A DNA stretch of 64,000 bases from the NCBI RefSeq assembly GCF_006345805.1, contig NC_043018.1:11160001-11224000 (forward strand). Direction: 5' to 3'. The notes under the pieces were generated by a model. That model was not told the origin of the DNA and searched no databases. It saw only the letters and a program-made list of their open reading frames with translations. Both the position numbers and the translations under genes were made by a program. The DNA comes from Octopus sinensis (Eukaryota). Of this stretch, positions 14,990 through 25,649 are shown piece by piece. How positions within the stretch are numbered: the first letter of the stretch is position 1; every line of letters begins with the position of its first letter.

Positions 14990-17722
14990 CTAGTTTCAGC
15001 TCAGAGCTGCGACCATGCTGATGCACCGCCGTTTTGTGCTACACTGTTATTGGGACGAACCTCGTCTAATATGTGGCACTTGGTGAAGAATGGAGTTTGA
15101 TACAGCTACTCTCATTTGCACCTCTTGCCGTGAGGTAGGTTCATCTGGGACTCTTGACGGGAAGATGTCCAGCTTTGATTTAAAAACCGCTACATCTACT
15201 TTGTGCAAGTTCCTCAGACTCTTTGGGAGAATATTAAAAAGCTGTGGGCCCTTGAAACCCAGACTGTTGCAGAAGCTGGTCCTGAAGCGTGATGGCATTG
15301 CTGGGATCTTTGGCACTATGCAGTGTTGTCCCGTTCTAGCATTGGTGTAGCTTACAATGCCAAAATTTGGCACAATTCCTTCCAGGATCTTCCAGACATA
15401 TATTACTGCATACCTCTCCTGTCTTCTCTCCAGGGAGTAGAGTCTTAGCTGTTTCAACCTTTCCCAGTAGCTGAGCTGTTGCAAAGAGACGATCTTCTTT
15501 GTGAATCTTCTATGGATTGCTTCAAGGTCCACTGTTAATTTTACACTGGTGGGTGACCATGGCTGTGAGCAGTAATCCAGGCGACTGAGGACGAATGTCC
15601 GCCAGAGGACCATCATGGTTTCCTTATCTCTGGTTCTGAATGTTCTTAGGATCCACCCAGCCAGTCGTCTGCACTTTGTCGCCATCCTGGTAATTTGCAC
15701 TTGGAAAGAGGTATCATCATGTCGATACCCAGGTCCCTCACAGACTTAGGCTCTGGGATTGAAATTCCCTGTGGACCGGTGTATCCTGTAAGTTTAATAT
15801 TCAGTTTTGGATGCTGGTAGCGCAGGAGCTGGAATTTTTCAGCATTAAACTGCATATTATTATCCTCAGCCCATCTGTAGATTGAGTCCAACTCCTGCTG
15901 CAGGTGTGCAACATCGCTGGGGTTCTGTATTTTCTGCGAGACTTTCATATCGTCTGCATAGCTGGCTAGAGTGGCTATCCGGGCATTTGAGGGCATATCT
16001 GAGAGGGCCACTATAAAAAGCAGTGGTCCCAAGACAGTGCCCTGTGGAACACCGCTCACTATTTGTGTGTTCATAGAGGTGGCTCCATTAACCACTACTG
16101 CCTGACTCCTATCTTTCAGGAAGTCATGCAACCACACTCCAAGTTTTCCAGCTATGCCGAGGTCATGTAGTTTGTGGCATATCATACCATGATCCACCTT
16201 GTCAAAAGCTTTTGCAAAATCAAGGTAGATTATGTCCACATTTGATTTGTTGAGTAACTGCTCAACACCCAGTCATAATGCTGTAAGAGCTGGGTCAGGC
16301 AGCTCATACCTGGTCGAAAACCATGCTGGGTATTACTCAGCAAGTTATTTTCCTCAAGGAATGCGATTAGTTTCTTTCTGACTATCCTTTCCATGACTTT
16401 GCTGATGTGTGAAGTCAGAGAGATAGGCCTATAGTTTTTGGCATCTGCTCTACTTCCCCCTTTATGTATTGGGCATATTATTCCCTCCTTCAGCTTGCTT
16501 GGCAGTTTGCCATTCACAAGAAAGCTCTGGAAGAGAATCTTGAGGGGTTTTGCCAGGGCATGCTTACACACTTTGAGGAGGATGGCTGGGAAACCGTCTG
16601 GACCAGCAGCTGAGTTTGTGTCCACTTCATCTATGGCTAGTAGGACATCTTTTTCGCTAATGTCAATACATTCTATTGTAACTACCTCACTGGTTATAGG
16701 TGAGGCGGCAAAGAAGTCCACTGGTTCGTTCACTTGTCTGTGTTCCAATGGGGTAGTAAAGACACTTTTGAACTGGTCATTCAGCATCTCACTGATCTTA
16801 GTTGGACTGTCTGTGAGGAAGCCATCCTTTTGGAGGAGGGGTCCTATCTTGTAGTGCACTGAGACTGTTTCTTTCGCGTAATGAAAGAAGGCCTTTGGAT
16901 TTGATTTAATGTTTTTTATAACCTAGGCTTCTTTGTCTGCTTTCTCCTTCACATAGGATTGTTGCAGCCTTTTTTCGATCTCCATCGGTGTTGTTTTTAG
17001 GCAGGACATTTCGCTACTTTTGGGATGTTGGTTGAGACGATTTGCAACCTTCGTCCGTCGTCTCATGAGGATCTTCCTGTCTCTTGGAATCTTGCTCCTA
17101 TTTGTTTTGGCCTTGTGCTCTGGGACATATTTCTGGCATACGGCTTGCACAGAAGACATGAAACATTCTAGTTTCATGTCAATGTCTGGTGTGGAGAGAC
17201 ATTCCGGCCAGTCTTCTCTCAGGATCACTTTTTGGATCGATTTCCAATCTGCTTTGTGGAAGTTCAGATTGGAGAGATTTCGGGTGCTTCCTTTAGGCTG
17301 TATGTCTCTGGTTACTTTCGGCCCAAACATAGACAGCTCTATTATGTTGTGATCCGAAACTGATGTCGGTGTCACTTTCACATCATGAATGATGCCCATA
17401 TTGTTCGTGAAGCAGAGATCCAGAATGTTATTCGCCCTAGTTGGCTTGAGTACAACTTGCTCCATGAATAAGGCATTGGTGAGGTTGAGCAGGGACTCCA
17501 CCTGTACTTGCTTGCAATGATTCATTCTTGAGAGTATGTGACCTTCGGGCCATTTGACGTTGGGGAAGTTGAAATAACCCATAAGAAATATGGTCACGTG
17601 GTGTTCCAGATTCATGAGGATTTCTTCAATTCTTCTGAGGCAATCTTCAAACTTGCCTATGTGATTTGGGGCATCCGGTGGGCAATATGTATTGCATATG
17701 ACTATATTATGTTGTCTATATA

Positions 17723-17770
<48 letters not shown>

Positions 17771-17928
17771 ATTATATATTATATATGTATATATATATAT
17801 GTATATATATATATGTATATATATATATGTATATATATATGTATATATATATATGTATATATATATGTATATATATATATGTATATATATAGGTATATAT
17901 ATATATGTATGTATATATATATGTAATG

Positions 17929-17967
<39 letters not shown>

Positions 17968-19789
17968 GTGTGTATATATATGTGTGTATATATATATATG
18001 TATATATATATATGTATATATATATATGTATATATATATATGTGTATATATGTGTGTGTGTATATGTGTGTGTGTATGTGTGTGTGTATATGTGTGTGTA
18101 TATATATGTGTGTGTATATATATGTGTGTGTATATATATGTGTGTGTATATATATGTGTGTGTATATATATGTGTGTGTATATATATGTGTGTGTATATA
18201 TATGTGTGTGTATATATATGTGTGTGTATATATGTGTGTATATATATGTGTGTAAATATATGTGTGTATGTATATGTGTGTATGTATATGTGTGTATGTA
18301 TATGTGTGTATGTATATGTGTGTATCATATATATATATGTATTATATGTATGTATAATAATGTATGTATAGATATATGTATGTATATTATATGTATGTAT
18401 ATATAGTTGTATAATATATGTATGTATATATGTATGTATGTATAAAATATATGTATGTATGTATAATATATATATATATAGATATATGTATGTATGTATA
18501 TATAATAGTATATGTATAAATGTATTATATATATATATGTATGTATGTATATATATATATATGTATATGTATGTATGTATATTATATTATGATATATGTG
18601 TATATGTATAAATAGTATAGTATATATGAGGTATATATATGTAGTATATAATGTATATATATATATGTATGTATATATATATATATGTAAGGATAGGATA
18701 TGTATATATATAAATTATGGGTAGTATGTTAGATAGTATATATAATATGGTAATTATATGTATGTATATGTATAATATATATGTATGTAGATATGTATGA
18801 TTTATATAATAATATGGAGATAATATGTATGTATATATATATAATATGTATATGTATAGTATATGTATGTATAATAATATATATGTATATATTATATATA
18901 TATGTAATGTATCTATATGATATATATAATAATATAAATATGTATGTATATATGTATGTAGATATATGTATATAGAAGAAATGTATTATATTATGTATAG
19001 TATATATATATATGATATGTATATGTATGATATTATAGATATATATTAGGATATGTATATGTATATATATATAGTAGTCATATGTATGATATGTAGGTAT
19101 ATATATAGATGTATGTATATATATATGTATAGATAATATATGTATGTTATATATATGTATGTTATGTATGTATATATATATGTAATGTATATAATATTGT
19201 ATGTTATATATATATAATATATATATATATAATATAGATATAATATATATATATATATATATTATGTATATACTTGTATATATATATGTATTATTATATA
19301 TATATATATATGTAATATATATATATAGATATAATATGTTATAATATCTATATATATATATATATGTATATAATATATATATATAATAGTATGTATATAT
19401 ATATATATATATATTATGTATATATAATATATATATATATGTATTATATCTATGATATATATATATATTATATATATATGTATTATATATATATCTATTA
19501 TATATATATATATAGATATATATATATATATGTATTATATAATCTATATATAATATGTATATGTTATATATATATATTATTATAATATATATATATATAT
19601 ATATTGTATATATATATATAATATTATATATGTATATATATAATATTATATCTATATATATATATATGTATATATATATATTATATATGTATATATATAT
19701 ATATATATCTATGATATATTATATATATATGATATATATATATATGTATATATATATATATGTATATATAATTATAATATATATTAATG

Positions 19790-19827
<38 letters not shown>

Positions 19828-20311
19828 TAGTATAGTATATGTATATATATATATGTATATATATATAGATATGTATATGTATATATATGTATATATATAT
19901 ATGTATATGTATAATATGTATATATATATATTATATATATAGATGTATATATATATATGTATATAATATAGGTATATATATAATGTATATATATATATAT
20001 ATATATGGGTATATATGTATATTATATATATGTATATATATATAATGTGTATATATATATATGATTAATATATATCTATATATATATATGTATATATATG
20101 TGTATTATATGTGTAGATGTATATGTATATATATGTATAGTAATATGTGTAATAATGTATATATATATAATGTATGTATATAATATGTATTATATATTAT
20201 ATGTATATAATGTATATGTATTATGTTATGTATATATGTTATGTATGTATATAATTTATTGTATATATGTATATGTATATATGTATATATGTATATGTAT
20301 ATATGTATATG

Positions 20312-20360
<49 letters not shown>

Positions 20361-20927
20361 GTGTATGTATATATGTATATATATATGTATATATATATGT
20401 ATATATATATGTATATATATATATATATATGTATATATAATAAACCTTTACATAAATAAATAACATGAAATTCACGAAGGGACGAACAAAAAGACAAAAG
20501 GGTCATTCAAAGCCTTCATTCTTCAGTCAGAAACTGATCCCTCATCGCAGATTTCGGCTATTTAATTCTGACAGAAGGAAAGAATTAAACGCAACAGAGA
20601 CGAACATGAAACGAAAAATCTTTTTTGGGGACAGTAACGGTTAAAAACATGGATGACACAGGCACCCTACGGCTTTGAGACAAACAGAGAGACACAAAAA
20701 CAATATCAACAGCGTGGAAAAATAATTACCTTTTCGGTGATGAGACACATGTTGAACAAGCGGCCGATGGAAACGAGGCAGCAAGTTGCAAGAGGATAAG
20801 AGAGAGAATGGGGTAAGAGAGAGAGGGGACAGTGACCGAGAGAGAGAAGGAATCGAAGGAAAGAAAATAATTTAAAGACATTGTGCAGGGGTTTTGAAAT
20901 GATAAACATAAAGAAGTCATTATGCAA

Positions 20928-20958
<31 letters not shown>

Positions 20959-22403
20959 TGTTATATATATGTATATATATGTATATATGTATTATATATA
21001 GTATATATATATGTATAATATGTATTATAATATGTATATATATATGTATATATGTATTATATATGTATATATATATGTATATATATATGTATATAATATA
21101 TTATGTGTATATATATGTGTATATATATATGTATATATATTATATGTATATATATATGTTGTGTATAATATATATAGTGTATATATATATATGTGTATAT
21201 ATATATATGTATTTTGATGGTGATGTTGGAATCCGTGGTGCCAAGGATTCCAACATCACCATCAAAATACGGTCCAGATACTGCAACAGCGTGGGTTTCA
21301 GAGACCACAGCTCTTTAACATCCTCCCTAAATGCCTGAGAGACTTACATGGTGTGGATGTGGGTTTCTTTAAAACTAACTGGATCTCTTCTTGTTGGGAG
21401 TCCCCCGATGAACCTACCTCACGACAGGAGACACGGATGCGGGCAGCAGCATCGAACTCCCTTGTTGATCAAGTGCCACGTATCAGAGGTGGATTCACAA
21501 ACTAGTGTAGCTCATTCAGCGGTGGTGCCCCAGCATGGCCGCGGCCTTCGGACTAAAACATTTTTAATGATTTAAGGATATATGTATGTATATCTATATA
21601 TTTGTATTATATGATGTATATATATATGTATATATATATGTACATATATAGTATATATATATATATATGTATATANNNNNNNNNNNNNNNNNNNNNNNNN
21701 NNNNNNNNNNNNNNNNNNNNNNNNNNNNNNNNNNNNNNNNNNNNNNNNNNNNNNNNNNNNNNNNNNNNNNNNNNNAACTCGAGAAGCTACACCAAGAAAA
21801 TCGTCTCAATGCAAAATGTCAGCTACTGGGAAAGACTGAAGGTATTAAACCTCTTCTCCCTGGAGCGGAGGCGGGAGAGATATGCAGTATATACATCTGG
21901 AAAATCCTGGAGGGTCTTATCCCAAACTTTGGCATTCAGTTACTCCAACCGCAGAAAGGGCGCCGCTGCGTGGTGCCAAGGATTCCAACATCACCATCAA
22001 AATACAGGTCCAGATACTGCAACACAGCTTGGGTTTCAGAGGACCACACTTTTCAACACTCCTCCCTAAATGCCTGAGAGACTTACAACTGGTGTGGATG
22101 TGGGTTTTCTTTAAAACTAAACTGGATCTCTTCTTGTTGGAAGTCCCAGATGAACCTACCTCACGACAGAGAACGGCGGATGCGGGCAGCAGCATCGAAC
22201 TCCCTTGTTGATCAAGTGCCACGTATCAGAGGTGGATTCACAAACTAGTGTGGCTCATTCAGCGGTGGTGCCCCAGCATGGCCGCGGCCTTCGGGCTAAA
22301 ACATTTTTAAGGATTTAAGGATTTAAGGATTTATATATGTACATTATATATCTATATATATATATATATGTACATATTATATATATATATAATTATATAT
22401 ATA

Positions 22404-22441
<38 letters not shown>

Positions 22442-24761
22442 GTACATATATATATATATAGTTGTATATATATATATATATATTATATCTTATATTTCTA
22501 ATATATATATATAGTATATATATACACACACACATACACAAAAACAATCCAATTTTGTGCATGCATGCTATACCCACAAATGGGTCTGACCAACGAAGAA
22601 ACAAGAATGAATCTGGCTCCCCTGGGTGAAACCAGAGACATGGCATTGGTGTTGCCAAATCCATTAAAAGTTGAACTTTCTATTACTAGACAATAAAATA
22701 GTTCATTTTTTTTTTCTTTCCAGCAATTATCTTTTATTCAAAATATGAATAGGAATATATTTAACAAAAGAAAAACAAGAAAAAAAAAATAAAAGAGAAA
22801 GAAAAACAAATATCAATGCATCACCAAGTGTTTCAGTTGGTTCCACATTACAAGGTTCAAGGGAACCTACTGAAGCTAGACAGCACACTTGCAATATTAT
22901 CATGGGTGATGGCGACACTAAGACGTTGGAACAGCTAAGCATTCTCACAGACATCACCTGACACTTCGGTGGGGCAAGCTGCCAATGATGACAAGAACTT
23001 CACCGTTAGTGGCCCATTCCCTCCAGAGATCTCAAAATGCCACGGGCTGGAAGAGATAGTTCATTGCCTGGTCCCAATACTTCAGAGTTTTGTTCCATTC
23101 CACTATGAGAGTAGTGACCCTCCCATTTACTGCAGCATCCAGGGTGTGGGAGGGAACAAGAGCCAGTCTGTGATGTCTCAAATAAGGCATCTATTTCTTA
23201 CAGAGGGTAAGAACATCTGGTCTCTTCCCATCATGTCTGAATAATCCTGCTGGCTCCAGAGCTGAGGGGATATTAAACCAAATCAGGGCCCACTTAATGA
23301 TTAAATTTAGCTCAGTGTGATGAGCGAAATGACTAGCATTTAGGTGACAAGACAGATCATGAAAAACTGTGGAATTGAGGAGCCTATCACAGGGACATCT
23401 TAGTTCCCTACAGACGTCAGCTCCCAATCTAAGTGCAATAGAGATGCAAACCTCAGCAAAACACTTGTTGATTTCAGAGTGCTTCCACTATCTACAGCAA
23501 TTCTACCTTGAGGTACTTAATACGAGATGCTCATGGCTTACTTGAATTATTTTACTTCGTATCCTATACCCTACTGTCGCATGTTAAAAAGGTAGCGGTG
23601 GGGAATGATAATATTACTGTAGATCACCCTCAAATGACAAGGTGGTCACGGTCGGATTTCCTTTTCATAATAGGCCGGCTCGATCAAGATTGGCATGGGG
23701 CTAAACAAATAACACCAACTTAGAGGTACTTGCGAACACGAACAGCTGGATTCTAGGGTGTTTTATTTTGCAGTACCTTATATACTCGGCCATTCACAAC
23801 GACGTAAAGAAACGAGGGAAGCCATGGTGTGTTTGATAGACAAACCAATCCCAGCAGGAGCTGAACTCGGCGATCAGATGAAAAATCTAAACTAGTTCTC
23901 AACTGCCAAAGACGTCTGGTATGAACGAACACTTAAGTGGCCATTCGACTGGGAAAAACAGTTGCCAAACCTCCTTTAAACCATACTCTTAAGTCGTTGA
24001 ACAATGAGAGAGAAAACATTAGACAATGTTGTCTTAGGTAAGTCGGCATTGTTTCGTTGAATCAGGTAGGAAAAATGATAGCTTGGAGATCATTAACGAA
24101 ACTTTGCCGACAAGTATTAATGGGCGGAATGATCATTGCTGGAATACTTCTAATCATAGGTCTGTTCAATCAGGGCAGACCTAGGGTTAAACAATACAAA
24201 GCGACATACACATACACGCAGTGGTGGGTATATATATATCATTGCACAAATAATATATTCAGATTTATTATATTAAATATATCTTTGCTTTATCCATAAA
24301 CATACATATAATTTAAGCCTCTTCTAAACGAGTTAATAATTTGCGTATGTATGCATTCCATGTTCGTAGGACGTCCAAACCTTCTCCTAAATACCGAGAA
24401 ACTTTGGGGTACATACAAATGAATTGAAATAAAAGCAATCGAAAATAAAACCTGGCTGTAGATTTAGTCAGCCAGGAGCCTTTTAATTCTTTGCAATAAT
24501 ATATTTTTTAATTTTACGAATGGTAACAGGGATAGCAGGAAGATATAAAAAACAAAACTGCTATTTAATTTATTAAAAATCTAAAAAGACACCAAAAAAG
24601 CATAATGTAATTTACTTTACCTGTTTGTATCTTGCATAGAAATATAACATTTTCTTCGTTCCCAAATCAGTCCCATACTGGCGAATATAATGAGCTGCTT
24701 TGTTAAACTTCAAACACAGGGAATCCTCTTTCTGCAGGTTCGAGTTTATCTCAGTTTCCAT
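169..24761 (-). CDS. ACBD6: Acyl-CoA-binding domain-containing protein 6, complete spliced CDS join(24761-24621,12547-12483,12153-12051,9914-9723,4276-4187,2717-2687,314-169), 768 nt = 255 aa + stop
   Basis: Manual exon assembly: all six introns GT..AG, phases 0,2,0,0,0,1 consistent, no internal stop. N-terminal ACBP motifs ([31 protein letters not shown]) are followed by ankyrin repeats ([33 protein letters not shown]), the architecture I recognise for ACBD6. Confidence 0.95.
470..718 (-). mobile_element. 5'-truncated RTE LINE 3' UTR fragment ((GAT)n-tailed family)
   Basis: Ends ...ccaacctatgccagcatggaaagcggtcattaaatgat..; carries gcacgtaaaagcacc units. The same family is joined to RTE ORF2 at 4560-4790 and 53330-55410. 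Confidence 0.75.
758..1197 (+). mobile_element. tRNA-derived SINE (family B), interrupted by a piggyBac-type MITE
   Basis: A/B-box-like head gagctgg..gttagc / gggtttaaattcc, body gactttgcctttcatcc..ataagtacc; resumes after 1137. Further copies at about 1200-1410, 26000-26160, 27455-27655, 32755-32880, 35560-36200. Confidence 0.75.
912..1137. mobile_element. piggyBac-type non-autonomous MITE
   Basis: TTAA-CCCCTTAGCATT ... AATGCTGAAGGG-TTAA: TTAA duplication, CCC/GGG termini, about 12-bp imperfect TIRs. Confidence 0.75.
2687..2717 (-). CDS. ACBD6: ACBD6 coding exon 6, 31 nt ([11 protein letters not shown])
   Basis: Acceptor ctttcttgtcag|, donor TATG|gtatgt; ankyrin GQTPLHY motif. Confidence 0.92.
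2940..3235 (-). mobile_element. tRNA-derived SINE (family A, CR1-type tail), head-truncated
   Basis: 3' end ggcggtgctccagcatggccacagtcaaatgactgaaacaagtaaaagagta; central domain ggatttggtagacggaaactgaaagaagcc. Confidence 0.85.
3378..3760 (+). mobile_element. Degenerate SINE with family-A head and RTE-type tail
   Basis: Head ggctgtgtggtaaagaagtttgct..; tail gggcatccagctgtaaaac..aacccatgc. Confidence 0.55.
4187..4276 (-). CDS. ACBD6: ACBD6 coding exon 5 ([30 protein letters not shown])
   Basis: Acceptor aattgcag|, donor AAG|gtgggt; canonical ankyrin repeat with LHWACDRG. Confidence 0.95.
4560..4790 (-). mobile_element. RTE LINE ORF2 C-terminal fragment running into its 3' UTR
   Basis: [34 protein letters not shown] (RTE-type GRPRKTW motif), followed by gcatgttaaaagcacc. 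Confidence 0.75.
4950..6610. repeat. About 1.7-kb compound (TA)n/(TATG)n microsatellite
   Basis: Directly visible; source of spurious YI-rich ORFs. Confidence 0.97.
6612..6968 (-). mobile_element. CR1-group LINE 3' fragment (subfamily A)
   Basis: ORF end ..[26 protein letters not shown]..; (AAATC)n-like tail; nearly identical to 7385-7700; TA tracts on both sides. Confidence 0.88.
7335..8826 (-). mobile_element. CR1-group LINE, 5'-truncated, RT domain largely intact (subfamily A)
   Basis: 402-aa ORF with [58 protein letters not shown]; late frameshift; (AATC)n tail. Confidence 0.93.
8876..8948. mobile_element. Short palindromic element (collapsed MITE-like)
   Basis: atcaaaataagcaacaaggatacctagagg / cctctggatatccttgtttcttattttgat, about 27 of 30 complementary, 13-nt spacer, abutting a TA tract. 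Confidence 0.65.
9078..9468 (-). mobile_element. Full-length tRNA-derived SINE (family A)
   Basis: Head ggcgtaggagtggctgtgtagtaagcagc..ggttcagtccc, central domain, internal microsatellite, CR1-type tail. Other copies at about 11400-11800, 33385-33665, 37683-38105, 38285-38470, 43795-43950, 44335-44640, 52030-52290. Confidence 0.88.
9723..9914 (-). CDS. ACBD6: ACBD6 coding exon 4 (linker and start of ankyrin module, ...[29 protein letters not shown])
   Basis: Acceptor tatttag|, donor GAT|gtaagt; 64 codons, phase 0/0; overlaps ORF-track 9606..9881. Confidence 0.92.
10225..10625 (-). mobile_element. RTE LINE 3' UTR fragment with (GAT)n tail
   Basis: catcatcatc..gtttaacgtcagctttccatgctagcatggg family. 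Other copies at about 32483-32755, 50275-50495, 51420-51710, 55720-55930, 60500-60750, 62925-63030. Confidence 0.8.
10627..11136 (+). mobile_element. Mariner transposase 3' remnant
   Basis: [35 protein letters not shown] (mariner HDNA and [10 protein letters not shown] motifs); terminus aagacttttcatacaccccgcc-TA. Confidence 0.88.
12051..12153 (-). CDS. ACBD6: ACBD6 coding exon 3 ([35 protein letters not shown])
   Basis: Acceptor ttttcag|, donor AAG|gtaagc; completes the W codon split with exon 2. Confidence 0.95.
12483..12547 (-). CDS. ACBD6: ACBD6 coding exon 2 ([22 protein letters not shown])
   Basis: Acceptor tttttatag|, donor TG|gtaagt; ACBP signature PKPG..F..K.KW. Confidence 0.95.
12758..13220 (-). 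mobile_element. Family-A SINE carrying a 79-bp insertion copied from the neighbouring mariner
   Basis: SINE body is interrupted at 13079-13157 by sequence matching 14015-14093. Confidence 0.85.
13369..14400 (-). mobile_element. Decayed mariner element
   Basis: [45 protein letters not shown] in broken frames; TIR-like attgggtagcccataaataatactg at 13369. The upper boundary is uncertain. Confidence 0.85.
14976..17715 (-). mobile_element. CR1-group LINE ORF2, about 2.7 kb, part of APE endonuclease plus RT, frameshifted (subfamily B)
   Basis: [70 protein letters not shown]; poly(A) tail; TA tracts on both sides. Confidence 0.93.
17716..20455. repeat. About 2.7-kb compound (TA)n/(TG)n/(TATG)n microsatellite
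   Basis: Directly visible; contains a 16-bp periodic block (TATATATATGTGTGTG)n at about 18099-18226. Confidence 0.97.
21210..21575 (+). mobile_element. CR1-group LINE 3' fragment (subfamily C)
   Basis: Near-identical to 21960-22320; ends ggtggtgccccagcatggccgcggccttcggactaaaac; many indels. Confidence 0.8.
21676..21775. other. Assembly gap (100 N)
   Basis: Run of N. Confidence 0.99.
21776..22332 (+). mobile_element. CR1-group LINE 3' fragment (subfamily C)
   Basis: [35 protein letters not shown]; (TTTAAGGA)n tail; followed by a TA tract. Confidence 0.88.
22935..23480 (-). mobile_element. CRE-clade (RLE-type) non-LTR retroelement remnant
   Basis: [19 protein letters not shown] followed by CLIWDI, resembling the CRE EPxGL.RxDGKRPDG..W..GK.L.WD motif; degraded. 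Confidence 0.6.
24621..24761 (-). CDS. ACBD6: ACBD6 coding exon 1 ([47 protein letters not shown])
   Basis: ATG at 24761, 47 codons, donor CAG|gtaaag; ACBP helix motif YARYKQ. Confidence 0.93.
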
Positions 24762-24992
24762 AGCTTTTCGATCCTGTTCAGAAAGTCAAGGTTTCTCTCT
24801 TTCTTTCTCTTTTTATTATACAATTTATTATATAATTTATAACGCGTTACTTTCAATTAAAAGGAGATATTTTCTCACTTGTGCACAAACGCATACAAGC
24901 ACACACAAGACACTCACACACAAAGACTATCTTTCTCTCTCTCTCTCTCTCTCCTTTTTCTGTCATGCATGCGCACGAGCAGATTAGATAGA

Positions 24993-25027
<35 letters not shown>

Positions 25028-25179
25028 CACTTATTGCTTCTCTCTCAAGAATGCACTGATTATATATGGATCCCGTTGGAATTAAAGCACTTCTTGGAAT
25101 GTGCGTTTCCGATAACAATCCAAGTCGGGAATAAAGCTAAGCACGCAAACGTGCTTATACAAACATACCAACATTTTAT

Positions 25180-25250
<71 letters not shown>

Positions 25251-25600
25251 TAATGCGACGAGAGTGGATTTTTTTTAATATGATAAAATATATAATTATG
25301 CACGTGCATATAAATGTTTCGAATATTTTAAAATCAATATAGACATTTGGTCACAAGAGTTTCCATTTTATATTACGTTACGGGGAAGGCAACACGCTCT
25401 TGCCATGTTGCAGGTTACTTAAAACTAGAAAATTAGAGTGACACAAACAGAAAACCACGAATACGAAGCGGTGGCTTCCTCTCAGCGGTACATATTTAAT
25501 CGTGTCACGTGATAAAACTTGGCTATGCGCCTTTAGTGGTGCGCGCGCGCACACGAAACGAAAATGAGCCAAGCGAAGCATCTTAGGGTGGTAAGATAAA
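24762..25600. promoter_or_regulatory. Putative ACBD6 promoter region
   Basis: Immediately upstream of the ACBD6 ATG; CpG retained; E-box GTCACGTGAT at about 25504-25513; NRF1-like GCATGCGCA (about 24967) and TGCGCGCGCGCA (about 25540); (CT)n, (TAGA)n and (CA)n tracts. Confidence 0.45.
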
Positions 25601-25649
25601 TAAATGTGAATAAGCAGGAAAGGAATACACACACACACACACACGGTCA

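Noticed and set aside
20455-20915. Penelope-like fragment or hammerhead near 20520
   Set aside because: CTGAAGA is present but with no paired stem II plus GAAA, and the GIY-YIG-like translation is too weak to call.
4832-22664. Numerous long Y/I/M/C/V-rich ORFs in the track (also 60411-61368)
   Set aside because: Translations of (TA)n/(TG)n microsatellites that happen to lack stops; no coding signal.
25564-25590. Mini first exon MSQAKHLRV|gtaaga on the + strand
   Set aside because: No phase-compatible downstream exon giving a sensible protein; CEBPZOS has an in-frame stop just upstream of its ATG.
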